IMG/VR virus record: IMGVR_UViG_3300029825_000005
Span: 1 to 64,000 of that record
From: an uncultured virus (IMG/VR IMGVR_UViG_3300029825_000005)
Taxonomy: Duplodnaviria; Heunggongvirae; Uroviricota; Caudoviricetes
DNA: 64,000 bases
Direction: 5' to 3' (one strand)
Shown in pieces: positions 27,520-36,437 of this stretch. The notes beneath the pieces were generated by a model. That model made no database searches. It was given only the letters and a program-made list of their open reading frames with translations, and was not told where the DNA came from. The position numbers were made by a program, and so were the translations under genes. Position 1 is the first letter of the stretch. Each line of letters starts with the position of its first letter.

Positions 27520-27837
27520 ATGAACCCTATTTCTTACACACCCGACCTAATCACGATGGTTGTTGGTGTTATTTTGTCCTTATTGTTCAATTACTTCCCT
27601 GTATTGAACACCTGGTATGCAGCACTGAAGTCTGAGGTCAAGTCTGCCATTATGATTGGATTGCTTGCTGCCACTTCAGTTTCTATCTATTTGCTGAGCT
27701 TATATGGAGTAATCGAAGTTAGCGGTCCAATTACCTGGACTTTGGTGCTCCGCACTTTTGTCTTGGCTTTGGTCGCTAACCAGTCAACGTATGTAGTCGC
27801 ACCGCAAACTAACGCTGTAAGAGAAGCAAAACAATAA
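27520..27837 (+). CDS. Holin-like membrane protein
   Basis: 105 aa, three TM segments; AAGGAG upstream. Confidence 0.65.
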   Translation: MNPISYTPDLITMVVGVILSLLFNYFPVLNTWYAALKSEVKSAIMIGLLAATSVSIYLLSLYGVIEVSGPITWTLVLRTFVLALVANQSTYVVAPQTNAVREAKQ

Positions 27838-27845
27838 TACGAAAC

Positions 27846-27871
27846 AAAGCCCCTCTAAAACGAGGGGCTTT
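27846..27871. terminator. Bidirectional terminator at the convergence of the two arms
   Basis: AAAGCCCCTC-TAAAAC-GAGGGGCTTT inverted repeat. Confidence 0.7.
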
Positions 27872-28379
27872 CAATTTCTCTGAGTGAATGCTTTAGATTT
27901 TCAAGGCGGGCGCAGATATTATCCAGGTTCTCTTTGAGCCTTGCGTCTTGTATTTCCACTTTGTATAACACACCGAGAGCTTTTCCCACTAAGGCATAAG
28001 GCTGAGTGATGGCGGGGTACTTGTGCTCTTTGAATGTGGTAACGTTCCAGCCTTCGTCAACAGCTTGGTTCAGCAGCTCAACGTCTCTTGGGTCGTATGG
28101 GTCTGCGTTGCGGTAGAAAGACCAGTCCATCATCGGGTATTCCAGTCGCTTATCTGTGGTCCATCGTCTGGCAGCGTTCTCATACTCCTGCAACATCTCA
28201 TAAGAATAGTTAAGATAACCTGCAATGTATTTGAGGACTCCCTCTCTGTCGTTGTGAAGTTCTATCAACTCTATCAGGATGTCACCTATCTCAAGCTGGC
28301 TATCTCTTACCCGCTCAATAAGCTCCTGTATCCTGTCGAGATAGTCGTCTGATATTTTAATCGTTGGTTGTTGGTCCAT
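27855..28379 (-). CDS. Hypothetical helical protein
   Basis: 174-aa ORF with GGAG upstream; last gene of the leftward arm. Confidence 0.7.
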   Translation of the reverse strand: MDQQPTIKISDDYLDRIQELIERVRDSQLEIGDILIELIELHNDREGVLKYIAGYLNYSYEMLQEYENAARRWTTDKRLEYPMMDWSFYRNADPYDPRDVELLNQAVDEGWNVTTFKEHKYPAITQPYALVGKALGVLYKVEIQDARLKENLDNICARLENLKHSLREIESPSF

Positions 28380-28956
28380 CTGTTATCGCTCCATTTATTT
28401 CATTGTGTTCATTTAGAATAATTGGCTTCTCTAATATAGGGTTATAGTCTTTTGTGTCTATAAATTTTATCTCTGCTATGTCTTTATAGAGATAGAGAAA
28501 CAGTTTTAGTTTATGTTCTTCTATCCTGGACCACCCGACTTTAGCGTTCCGATAGTCCTCTATGATTACACGCTCTTTAATTGTATCGTAGTATTCGTAT
28601 TCTGCGGTGTAATATACAGAGGTATATTCCTCTCCATCATAAGTGAACCCTTCTATCAAAGTGTACTTCGGCTTGAATTTCAGATTCTTTATAGCTCCTG
28701 TGGCTTGCAGATACATCAGGTCCTGGTATCGCCACATCATAGCCTTAGAGTAGAACCGCTTGCCTTCAAACAAGTATCTCCTGGCGTATGTAACTTCGCT
28801 TGGCTCAACCAGCAGCTCTGACCGTTCTATGCCATTGTCTTTGAGAAACCGTGCTATTCTTTTCTCAAGCTGTTCCTTACTGAACACTTCAACGACTCTG
28901 TTGAAGCCAGTCTCCATGTTTGTTAGTTTGTAATTTCGTGAAGCTTTTGCCACCAT
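28357..28956 (-). CDS. DUF1064-like nuclease fold, degenerate active site
   Basis: FYSK...RY..L..L...GAIKNL...P.Y.L...YTAEYEY...IEDY. Confidence 0.6.
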   Translation of the reverse strand: MVAKASRNYKLTNMETGFNRVVEVFSKEQLEKRIARFLKDNGIERSELLVEPSEVTYARRYLFEGKRFYSKAMMWRYQDLMYLQATGAIKNLKFKPKYTLIEGFTYDGEEYTSVYYTAEYEYYDTIKERVIIEDYRNAKVGWSRIEEHKLKLFLYLYKDIAEIKFIDTKDYNPILEKPIILNEHNEINGAITDGPTTND

Positions 28957-29654
28957 AGTTCATCCTCTTCTATTTTTGCTGTGACCTGCCTATAAGACAG
29001 ACCGTCTATGTGCGCCACAGAAAACCTCACATCCTTTATCCTGTCTGCTTGGTAGTCATCCAGTGCTTTTTCAGGTGAGAAATTCGAGAGCCAGATTGTA
29101 GTGTTCTTATCAGCTCTGCTGTAACGGCGGTCTACTATCTCTGACCAGGCAGCTTTAGCGAAGTCGGTAGCGTTTTGTCTACCGACCTCATCCACTACCA
29201 GAAAATCTATGTTTTCTAAATCCTGCATCCTGCTGGCATAAACCTTCTGCCCACGCTCTTCATCGTAAGAAGTTCTAAGCCAATCCATAATCTTTGCCTG
29301 TGTTGTGTAGCGTGAAACTTTGTTGTATTTGTAGTGCGCTATTATGCAGGCTGACTTTGCATGTAGGGTCTTGCCTAATCCTGGTGGACCATAGATATAA
29401 GCCATGCCGTTGCCTTCTCTCAGAAGACTGGCAATGGTCTTTTGTAACAACCGAGCCTGGTCTGTGGTCTTGTTGAACCCGCCCCAGTTCAGCCTGCCAG
29501 CTTCGTGTTTATATATTCCCATCTCATCATCCCAAGTGACGGCATATATGGCGGGGCATAAATACGTTTTCCCAAACTTAGGGTCGCCTAACGGCACATC
29601 GTAACCTATGAAGCCTATGCCGTGGCAATAAGGGCAGCTGTCATCGTGCATCAT
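28923..29654 (-). CDS. DnaC/IstB-like helicase loader ATPase
   Basis: CPYCHG zinc motif, GPPGLGKT, LVVDEVG, VDRRY, LSN. Confidence 0.9.
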   Translation of the reverse strand: MMHDDSCPYCHGIGFIGYDVPLGDPKFGKTYLCPAIYAVTWDDEMGIYKHEAGRLNWGGFNKTTDQARLLQKTIASLLREGNGMAYIYGPPGLGKTLHAKSACIIAHYKYNKVSRYTTQAKIMDWLRTSYDEERGQKVYASRMQDLENIDFLVVDEVGRQNATDFAKAAWSEIVDRRYSRADKNTTIWLSNFSPEKALDDYQADRIKDVRFSVAHIDGLSYRQVTAKIEEDELWWQKLHEITN

Positions 29655-29902
29655 TTATCCTTTACTGCTATAACCAGTTCCTTGCCGTACACATCAAGGA
29701 TTTTTTGCAGGTTTTTGAGAGAGACGCTGTAATAGTTGCCCTGCTCTACCTGCCCAATATACTTTCTTGAAACGCCAGCTAAGTCTCCAGCTTCCTGCTG
29801 GGTAAGGCGCTTGGCTTTTCTAAGTTTTCTAAAATCAATCTCGTCTGTCTTGTTACGCTCAAAGTGTTCTGCTAACAATTCTATAAGCTTATTGGCATCC
29901 AT
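29651..29902 (-). CDS. XRE-family HTH regulator
   Basis: LRKAKRLTQQEAGDLAGVSRKYIGQVEQG. Confidence 0.9.
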   Translation of the reverse strand: MDANKLIELLAEHFERNKTDEIDFRKLRKAKRLTQQEAGDLAGVSRKYIGQVEQGNYYSVSLKNLQKILDVYGKELVIAVKDK

Positions 29903-30237
29903 AATAGTTTCCCTTTGTCTACTTTATCTATGTGCTCAGCTACTTCATCAATGGCTACGCTGTCTTTTACATCCTCGCCAGTGAATGGGTAGATTATCCA
30001 GTTGTTGTCCTGCGCTCTTCTCACCTTCCAGTAGTCTCTTGTGATACCTGCGTGGGTAGTGTGTCCGCTCTTGGTATGAGTACCACCATTGATTTCTACT
30101 GCCAGGCGGTATCTTTCCCAGCAAAAATCGTAGCGGTGCTTGCGCCCTGGGATGATAACTTCTTCCCTGCTTGGCTCTGGCAAGCCCCTGTCTTTTACTT
30201 GTTGAGCAAACAGTTCTTCTAACTCACTCTTTCTCAC
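29881..30237 (-). CDS. PD-(D/E)xK endonuclease (DUF559/Vsr-like)
   Basis: RYDFCW...AVEINGG...H...RDY.K; paralog of 4049-4369. Confidence 0.75.
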   Translation of the reverse strand: MRKSELEELFAQQVKDRGLPEPSREEVIIPGRKHRYDFCWERYRLAVEINGGTHTKSGHTTHAGITRDYWKVRRAQDNNWIIYPFTGEDVKDSVAIDEVAEHIDKVDKGKLLWMPISL

Positions 30238-30417
30238 TTCTCACCTCGCAAACTCGCAAGGCACACCACAAGCCAGCCTATCCCGATTACCAACGTCAAG
30301 CCTAATGCAATGTCAAGAAGGGTCATTCATCACCCCCTGCCGCCCACCACAACCAAGCGACCAGCAGTAGGATTGCCAGACATACACTAATTCCGGTCAA
30401 AAATCCTGCTATAAAAC

Positions 30418-30720
30418 TCACCATCTCTCACACCCCTTCCATTCGGCAACAAGGGCATCGTAATCTCGGCGCCCTCGATGAAATTCCTCAATAGTTTCCG
30501 GCTGTTTCATCATACGACCAGCCTCAATCAGCCGCTCGATAAACGCTTCCAGTTCTGCAATGTGCTTACGAAGGTCATCCTCAATCGGGCGGATGTTCCT
30601 GTTTTCTGCTTCATTTTCCGCAGCGTATTGACAGTAGGCAATAAATGCCAAACCATCTTGCATCTCCGTGCTTAGAACATTTTTTCCACCACAAAACGGG
30701 CAGGGTTTCATTTCACTCAT
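30418..30720 (-). CDS. Lar-like zinc-ribbon accessory protein
   Basis: MSEMKPCPFCGG start; LRKHIAELE coiled coil. Confidence 0.6.
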   Translation of the reverse strand: MSEMKPCPFCGGKNVLSTEMQDGLAFIAYCQYAAENEAENRNIRPIEDDLRKHIAELEAFIERLIEAGRMMKQPETIEEFHRGRRDYDALVAEWKGCERW

Positions 30721-30980
30721 CTCTCACGCTCCTTTGACTGTTTTAAGCATTGCTTGCCTGACGCCTTCCCGTCCTGACCGATTTTCACGACGTACCCGCC
30801 GTATTGATGTCGCTGGTCGAGCCAGTTCTCGAATGCCACAATCATTTTAGCGGGTAATGTCGGTTCGATAAACTCGAATATCCGAGTCGTTCCGCTCGCG
30901 AACTGCACGTAAACCGTTGTCTCGTTCGTGAGCTTCATGCGCTCGACGTGTTGAAAATTGATTACAACTGTCGTACTCAT
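30717..30980 (-). CDS. Hypothetical protein
   Basis: Start reassigned to the ATG of GGAGGTGCAGGAATG (MSTTVVINF). Confidence 0.55.
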   Translation of the reverse strand: MSTTVVINFQHVERMKLTNETTVYVQFASGTTRIFEFIEPTLPAKMIVAFENWLDQRHQYGGYVVKIGQDGKASGKQCLKQSKERER

Positions 30981-31042
30981 TCCTGCACCTCCTCCAAATA
31001 AACCTAAATCCTCTGCCCAATGACGGCGTAATTCATTCTCGC

Positions 31043-31732
31043 TCATTTTTCACACTCCTCTAACAGACCCAAATCCCCTGCTCGATGGCTCGTCTTTGCG
31101 AACTCTAAAATTGCAGTTTGCGCCGCTAAGTAGTCTGCATCGTCACAATCCAACGCGCAAAAGTGAGCGGCGATTTGTGCTGCAATGCGCTTATCAACGA
31201 TCATCCCCTTGCTACCACACCACAAGGGCAGACAGGTATAATCGAGGTCAGCACCTCGCAGGTCAGCACCTCGCAGGTTAGCACCTAGTAGGTTAGCACC
31301 TCGCAGGTCAGCACCTTGCAGGTCAGCACCACGAAGGTCAGCACCTTGCAGGTCAGCATCTCGCAGGTAAGCACCTCGCAGGTAAGCACCTCGCAGGTCA
31401 GCACGTTGCAGGTCAGCACCTCGCAGGTAAGCACCTTGTAGGTCAGCACCTCGCAGGTAAGCACCACGCAGATATTGCAGGTCAGCACCTCGCAGGTTAG
31501 CATATTGCAGGTCAGCACCTCGCAGGTTAGCACCTCGCAGGTCAGCACGTTGCAGGTCAGCACCTTGCAGGTTAGCATATTGCAGGTTAGCACCTTGCAG
31601 GTCAGCACGTTGCAGATATTGCAGGTCAGCACCTCGCAGGTCAGCATATTGCAGGTTAGCCCTTGCTCCACCTTCATCTTCCAGCCACAACTTGTGTTGC
31701 TCTAATATTGTTTTTAATTCGTCTGTGTTCAT
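31043..31732 (-). CDS. Pentapeptide-repeat protein
   Basis: Long A(D/N/Y)L(R/Q)(G/Y) run encoded by 15-nt tandem repeats; LPLWCGS domain. Confidence 0.9.
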   Translation of the reverse strand: MNTDELKTILEQHKLWLEDEGGARANLQYADLRGADLQYLQRADLQGANLQYANLQGADLQRADLRGANLRGADLQYANLRGADLQYLRGAYLRGADLQGAYLRGADLQRADLRGAYLRGAYLRDADLQGADLRGADLQGADLRGANLLGANLRGADLRGADLDYTCLPLWCGSKGMIVDKRIAAQIAAHFCALDCDDADYLAAQTAILEFAKTSHRAGDLGLLEECEK

Positions 31733-32223
31733 TCCTGCACCTCCGATAGTACTGGAAGTGGCATCCAATGGGTGACGTATAGATTGCTATAAACATTATC
31801 AATATCCACCTCGTCGTTTACCCATTTTCCATTTCGATAGGTATAAAAGGCACGTCTTGGTAAATTATGCGGGCTATTAGTCGCGCGAACCCACACCAGC
31901 TCACAGTCTTTCGGCAACCGTTCGCTCACCGGAATCCATTTATCATCCTGCCGCTCGATGTCACTATGAACGGTAAATCGTTCACTTTCCTGCAACAATT
32001 TTTTTCCGCAAAAAGGGCAAAACGTATGAGTCACTATTAACCGTTTGCTTTTCTTCTTGTCAGCAGCTTTATATTCCAATATTGTCCCTGTAATTCCAGA
32101 CAATGACACTGGGTCAAGATAAGCTTCTGTTATTTCTTCTAACGGCAAAAGTTTCTCAATGATTGATTCAATCATCGGTTTCACGCAATCGCATTCGTAG
32201 ATAAATCCTCTAATTTCACTCAT
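31729..32223 (-). CDS. DUF551-type accessory protein
   Basis: WIPVSERLP...VTHWMPLP; FCPFCG. Confidence 0.8.
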   Translation of the reverse strand: MSEIRGFIYECDCVKPMIESIIEKLLPLEEITEAYLDPVSLSGITGTILEYKAADKKKSKRLIVTHTFCPFCGKKLLQESERFTVHSDIERQDDKWIPVSERLPKDCELVWVRATNSPHNLPRRAFYTYRNGKWVNDEVDIDNVYSNLYVTHWMPLPVLSEVQE

Positions 32224-32232
32224 CTCATCCTC

Positions 32233-32457
32233 CTAAAACGGTATGCTGTCGTCATCAGCCAGCGGGTTGACCACGAATCTCTTGCCACACTTGCTGCATA
32301 AATAAGTACGTGGTTTGGTCGGCATCCCCTTCTTGCTGGGGTCTACTTCTTTGAACGTGCGCTCAGACTTGCAGTGCGGGCACGGCGGGTTGTCTAATTT
32401 GTATGCGCTGAACAACCTGTCAAGATAGATATCATCTGTAGAATACATATCACTCAT
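32233..32457 (-). CDS. Zinc-ribbon protein with an SSB-like acidic tail
   Basis: CPHC...CSKC; ends DDDSIPF. Confidence 0.6.
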   Translation of the reverse strand: MSDMYSTDDIYLDRLFSAYKLDNPPCPHCKSERTFKEVDPSKKGMPTKPRTYLCSKCGKRFVVNPLADDDSIPF

Positions 32458-32680
32458 CCCAATACCCTTCGTATTTCTCTGCCAATGTCATCAGCCTGCT
32501 GTAAGTGTTCTCTAACTCTCGTTCTTCAAACTCAGTCCAGACGTACATTTCGAGTATATCTAATATCCTCTGGGCTTTACCCCTCAGGTCTTTTGTTCTT
32601 GGCAATTCAAGCGCTTCATCGTACTTTTGGTATTTCACCTTCGCCATTAATTCAGTCATCCAGGGTTCGAGCTTCATCAT
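32450..32680 (-). CDS. Hypothetical protein
   Basis: Coupled start MMKLEPW after GAGGAG. Confidence 0.55.
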   Translation of the reverse strand: MMKLEPWMTELMAKVKYQKYDEALELPRTKDLRGKAQRILDILEMYVWTEFEERELENTYSRLMTLAEKYEGYWDE

Positions 32681-33057
32681 CTTGTACTCCTCACTTTCAA
32701 ACTCACACTTGGGTTGCCTTCTGATCGGAACACCAGTATTTCTGGGTGTGCTACCGCATAGCCATCGAGTCCTTTGGTGTCCCAACTTACACGCGCCTTT
32801 GAGTACACTGCCTGATGATGATCACCTGAAATTGTCTGCCCGGCAGCAATGACTTCGGCTTTGATCAGTTTAATCAGCTCTTGGTTTCTGCTGTTGACTT
32901 TCTCAATGATCGGGTCTATCTCCTCGTCAATCTCAGCAAGTCTCGCCTTGATCTCGGGGGTTATAACCTTATCAACCATTGCCTGCCTTTCGCCATTCAG
33001 CAGGTCGATCCCTGCTAAGTTGTTGGTATATTCGTCCAGTAATTCCTTTGCGTTCAT
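32677..33057 (-). CDS. Gam/Gp157-like coiled-coil protein
   Basis: Helical N-terminus, then RVSWDTKGLDGY...PSVSLK. Confidence 0.5.
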   Translation of the reverse strand: MNAKELLDEYTNNLAGIDLLNGERQAMVDKVITPEIKARLAEIDEEIDPIIEKVNSRNQELIKLIKAEVIAAGQTISGDHHQAVYSKARVSWDTKGLDGYAVAHPEILVFRSEGNPSVSLKVRSTR

Positions 33058-33428
33058 TCCTGCACCTCCGGCGACTCTGGAAGTGGCAACCAGTGAGTCG
33101 GATTACCGGTATGACAACCTTCAACATCCCACCAGTTATCCACCCCACCAAAAGCGATATGATGTCTGTAATATGCGGCAGTCAACATAGTATCCACATA
33201 CGCTGCCAATACAGGTTCGCCATCTTCCGGCAACCTCTCACTCACAGGAATCCAGCGTTGCTTTTCCTCAAGCTCGGCAATATATTCGCGCAACTCTCTC
33301 TGCGCCTTGTTAATCCGCGTCTGCCAGTCCGGTTCAACCCGGCGCACGAATGCAATGCACGCGCTCACAAGCTCGTTCACAAGTTCGTTTGATGATTTAG
33401 CGTTCATGTCTCTCCTTTTAGTCGTCAA
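33054..33428 (-). CDS. DUF551-type accessory protein
   Basis: WIPVSERLPED...THWLPLPESPEVQE. Confidence 0.8.
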   Translation of the reverse strand: MTTKRRDMNAKSSNELVNELVSACIAFVRRVEPDWQTRINKAQRELREYIAELEEKQRWIPVSERLPEDGEPVLAAYVDTMLTAAYYRHHIAFGGVDNWWDVEGCHTGNPTHWLPLPESPEVQE

Positions 33429-33747
33429 CTATTTCGATTGAATAATCACAATGCTCACAACGCCAGCGCTCACCTTCGCCAACTTCTTCTGTTGTGGTTG
33501 TGTAGCCGTCATACAGCAATCTGCCACCACAGCGGGGGCAACGCGGTACGTGCTTCTCGTCCCACCGCTCCACTTGGAAGTAAAGCAGGCTGGTGTTTCC
33601 CCTGACCTTGTAAACAGTGTCGGGGTAGTAGAAGTAACGTTGTTTGAACGCCTTTACCGCGTCATCATAATTTCTGCCGTAACTGATGTAGTAGGTTGCG
33701 TCTTGCGGTAGGTCGTAAATGCTTTCAAGTTCGTGTGTTTCTGTCAT
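33418..33747 (-). CDS. Zinc-ribbon hypothetical protein
   Basis: CPRCG...CEHC; coupled to neighbours. Confidence 0.6.
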   Translation of the reverse strand: MTETHELESIYDLPQDATYYISYGRNYDDAVKAFKQRYFYYPDTVYKVRGNTSLLYFQVERWDEKHVPRCPRCGGRLLYDGYTTTTEEVGEGERWRCEHCDYSIEIVDD

Positions 33748-34520
33748 TTTTGCTCCTTTATCTGGTCTAAAAACTTCTGCCTTTTCTCTGCGTCAGGTTC
33801 TGTTGTACCCGGCTTTATGGACATTCCTATCATTGATTGCACTTGCCAGGGCGTAGGTGGCTGACCTTTCTTCCCACGCCAGTCCTCTGTTTGCCACCAC
33901 GCTGAAAATTCAGCCACTTTTTCGGGGGTATATCCATTATCCAGTAATCTTGTTGCTACTTTGTGCAACATTGGAATATTGTCGGAATATTTTAGAGACG
34001 TGGCATCTGCAACCGCTGCCGCCAACGGTCTTATGGCTTCAATAGGATGCTTTGATTTACGTTTTGACTTTGGTTCTGGTTTGCCAGACTGTAAGTCTGA
34101 ATCTAATGTAGTATTCTCTGTTATTAACAACGTATCATTTTGGCACGTTGCAATGGTATCAATTTGACCTGTTGGCTGGGTATCATTTTGATACTCTGGC
34201 TCTGTATTGTACATACTAAAAGCATTGTCAAGTTTCTCGTAGTTGATACGATAAAACTTCTTGCGGTTAGTAGATTTACTCTGCCGTGATACCACGATGC
34301 CGTCCTGTTCGAGCTTCAAGAATGTGCGTTTGATGGTGATTACACTCCAAAATGGGAACTGTTCGTGCCACTGTTTGTAGGTGTTGTATACCCAACCGTC
34401 CTTGGATTTCAGAGACCAGTAATGCAATTGCTGTACGATAATCGCTTCGTTCAATCCGATAGCGCAAGCCAGTTGCGGCAGGATTTGAAGGGGCTGTTCG
34501 GGTATAAGTAGTTTGCTCAT
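33744..34520 (-). CDS. Phage replication initiator
   Basis: IGLNEAIIVQQLHYW...WVYNTY..W.EQFPFWS..TIKR winged helix; internal iterons; DnaC-like gene in the same arm. Confidence 0.85.
   Translation of the reverse strand: MSKLLIPEQPLQILPQLACAIGLNEAIIVQQLHYWSLKSKDGWVYNTYKQWHEQFPFWSVITIKRTFLKLEQDGIVVSRQSKSTNRKKFYRINYEKLDNAFSMYNTEPEYQNDTQPTGQIDTIATCQNDTLLITENTTLDSDLQSGKPEPKSKRKSKHPIEAIRPLAAAVADATSLKYSDNIPMLHKVATRLLDNGYTPEKVAEFSAWWQTEDWRGKKGQPPTPWQVQSMIGMSIKPGTTEPDAEKRQKFLDQIKEQK
34132..34190. repeat. Iterons of the putative replication origin
   Basis: GTATCA(T/A)TTTG at 34132, 34156 and 34180, an exact 24-bp period inside the initiator gene. Confidence 0.7.
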
Positions 34521-34571
34521 ATGTTACTCCTTATGCCAGGTTACGAAGCCACCTGGCGGGGCTACTAAAAC

Positions 34572-35615
34572 TTAGAAGGATTCGATAAGGATGTTTTCGA
34601 TTTCTTCTTTTGCGAAGGGGTCAATCTCACCATCGCTAAGTCCTAACCATGCGTACATGGCTGTCATTGTTTCTGGTGATAGCTCAGCAAGGGCGGTAGT
34701 ACCAAACAGATAAGTGAGCATTGTAGTAATGTCTTTCACTGCATAGCTACCAGTAATTGCTTCGATAATCTCAGCTTGTACTTCGCTCGTGGCGGGCTTA
34801 GCGCTCTTTGCTCTTGTTTCAAGCATAGACTTCAGCTTCTCAGGTGCAAGCGGGCGTTTGTTAGAGCTTGACGCTTTCGGCTGGGGCTTGGCAGGTGCAG
34901 GTTTAGCTGGGGCTGGGGCTGTTTCAGTGAACGAGCCGTCAATGTAGTCTTCCACATCCTGAGTGAACCAGTCGCTTGCGTTGGTTGCGTTGAGTACAGC
35001 AGCCACGAGCGCTCGTTTCTGTGCCATTTTCTGGATGGTATTTACAATGTCTGCCACGTCTGGGTTAGCCACCCTGCCTGTGTGCTGGCTTTCAATCGCT
35101 GGGTCGCCGTCTTTGAACTTAGCACCACAGCCACCTTTCTTCGCAAAGCAAATCCAACCACCACCATATTCTGATTTACCTTTGATGATAGCTCCTGCTC
35201 CACATTCTGGGCAGGTCCGCTCTGCCTTACGGTAGCGGTATTTAGTTTCCCATGAATTGCACGAGCCTTCGCCTTGTCCTGCCACAGTGCCGTTCCGTAA
35301 CAGATTACACTTGTAGAAGAAGTAGAAGAACGGCTCTCCACCGTGGTCCTTACCTGTCCAGTCTGCCACCTTTTCGATAATGTCGTAGGTCACAGTAAGA
35401 CCAAAGAACGTAGCGAGTTTCTCTGCGCCTGGCTTGAGCAATACTGACTTGTTGCTTGTGCCTGGGATAGAGCCGTAGTCCACATCTTTGTTTAAGACCT
35501 TATCAATAAAGTCTTTCATGTCCTGATAGCGGGTTAGTGCTGTTTGCACGTTTACTACAGGGCTGAGGTAGTTGCTGGCGTTAGAACCAGCGTTGTATTC
35601 GATAATCTCATTCAT
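34572..35615 (-). CDS. Putative single-strand annealing/recombination protein
   Basis: DYGSIPGT...LLKPGAEKL, NTIQKMAQKRALVAAV, FTQDVED, inserted zinc ribbon and PA-rich linker. Confidence 0.65.
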   Translation of the reverse strand: MNEIIEYNAGSNASNYLSPVVNVQTALTRYQDMKDFIDKVLNKDVDYGSIPGTSNKSVLLKPGAEKLATFFGLTVTYDIIEKVADWTGKDHGGEPFFYFFYKCNLLRNGTVAGQGEGSCNSWETKYRYRKAERTCPECGAGAIIKGKSEYGGGWICFAKKGGCGAKFKDGDPAIESQHTGRVANPDVADIVNTIQKMAQKRALVAAVLNATNASDWFTQDVEDYIDGSFTETAPAPAKPAPAKPQPKASSSNKRPLAPEKLKSMLETRAKSAKPATSEVQAEIIEAITGSYAVKDITTMLTYLFGTTALAELSPETMTAMYAWLGLSDGEIDPFAKEEIENILIESF

Positions 35616-35805
35616 TGTTAGTATCCTTTTCTAATAGTTTGTTGGTCAATGAGCTAAATTCCTGCTCTTTCATCATTAAGTCTAATACGATAGTATTTAA
35701 TGTTCCTTGCGCTTCTTCGCACCTTGATTCGGCTATGTCTCGGATAGCTTTCAGCTCCCTTATATCATTGGCTGTTTTTTCGATAGTCTTTAATAGGTCA
35801 TTCAT
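35608..35805 (-). CDS. Small coiled-coil protein
   Basis: AAGGAG upstream; coupled. Confidence 0.6.
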   Translation of the reverse strand: MNDLLKTIEKTANDIRELKAIRDIAESRCEEAQGTLNTIVLDLMMKEQEFSSLTNKLLEKDTNNE

Positions 35806-36019
35806 TCTCAGTCTCCTTCTGTTCTTCTAAGTAATCCAGGAATGTCAGGATTTCTTTCATGTCGTCTCTTGTAATCCAAAGATTAGAGATGAAGCGCCAC
35901 CTGTCGTTTACAAAATCAAATAAAATAGTTCCTACATTTGATTCTGGTAGGCTGGTCGTTGTGACTTCGTACTGAAGCCCGCCTGCCTTCGTGATGAAGT
36001 TGAAATTTCCTTCTGCCAT
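35798..36019 (-). CDS. Hypothetical protein
   Basis: AAAGGAG upstream. Confidence 0.6.
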   Translation of the reverse strand: MAEGNFNFITKAGGLQYEVTTTSLPESNVGTILFDFVNDRWRFISNLWITRDDMKEILTFLDYLEEQKETENE

Positions 36020-36037
36020 AATTCTCCTTTCGATAAT

Positions 36038-36355
36038 CTAAAACATTGATAGTTGACCACGCTCTTGCATAAGCAAGGCGGGTGCGGCAAGTAGTATGCG
36101 TCTTGCCATTGGGTCTATGATTGTAACTTCTTTTCCAGCTTCCCATCCGTCTTGCGGGTTCATCCATGCAAGCAGGGCTATGTAATCTTCGTCTGCTGGT
36201 GTGCGTTTACCTGTGATGTACTCTAACGCTTGGTCCGTTAGGTCTTGCTTGTTGTTGAACAGGTCTTTGAGCAAGTCCTTTACCACTCGCTTTTGTGCGT
36301 TGGTAGCTTGCATTGGGAATAGGGTTGTATTTCGATATTCTTTCAGATAATCCAT
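36038..36355 (-). CDS. Hypothetical protein
   Basis: AAGGAG upstream; first gene after the promoter at 36384-36412. Confidence 0.65.
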   Translation of the reverse strand: MDYLKEYRNTTLFPMQATNAQKRVVKDLLKDLFNNKQDLTDQALEYITGKRTPADEDYIALLAWMNPQDGWEAGKEVTIIDPMARRILLAAPALLMQERGQLSMF

Positions 36356-36383
36356 CTGTCTGCTCCTTTTTACTTATGTAACA

Positions 36384-36412
36384 AGTATATCACTTATGAT
36401 AATAAAATGCAA
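36384..36412 (-). promoter_or_regulatory. Sigma70-type promoter
   Basis: TTGCAT-17 nt-TATACT on the minus strand in an intergenic gap. Confidence 0.7.
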
Positions 36413-36437
36413 TAGCAATCTGTTCTATAACAGGTGA

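Noticed and set aside
31230..31665. Regular 15-nt repeats resembling a CRISPR array; alternative-frame ORFs (VLTCE, QVSTS)
   Set aside because: No unique spacers or cas genes; the repeats are pentapeptide codons and the other ORFs are their shadows.
2564..31969. Paired similar segments as a diversity-generating retroelement template/variable repeat
   Set aside because: No reverse transcriptase in the window, and differences are not confined to adenines.
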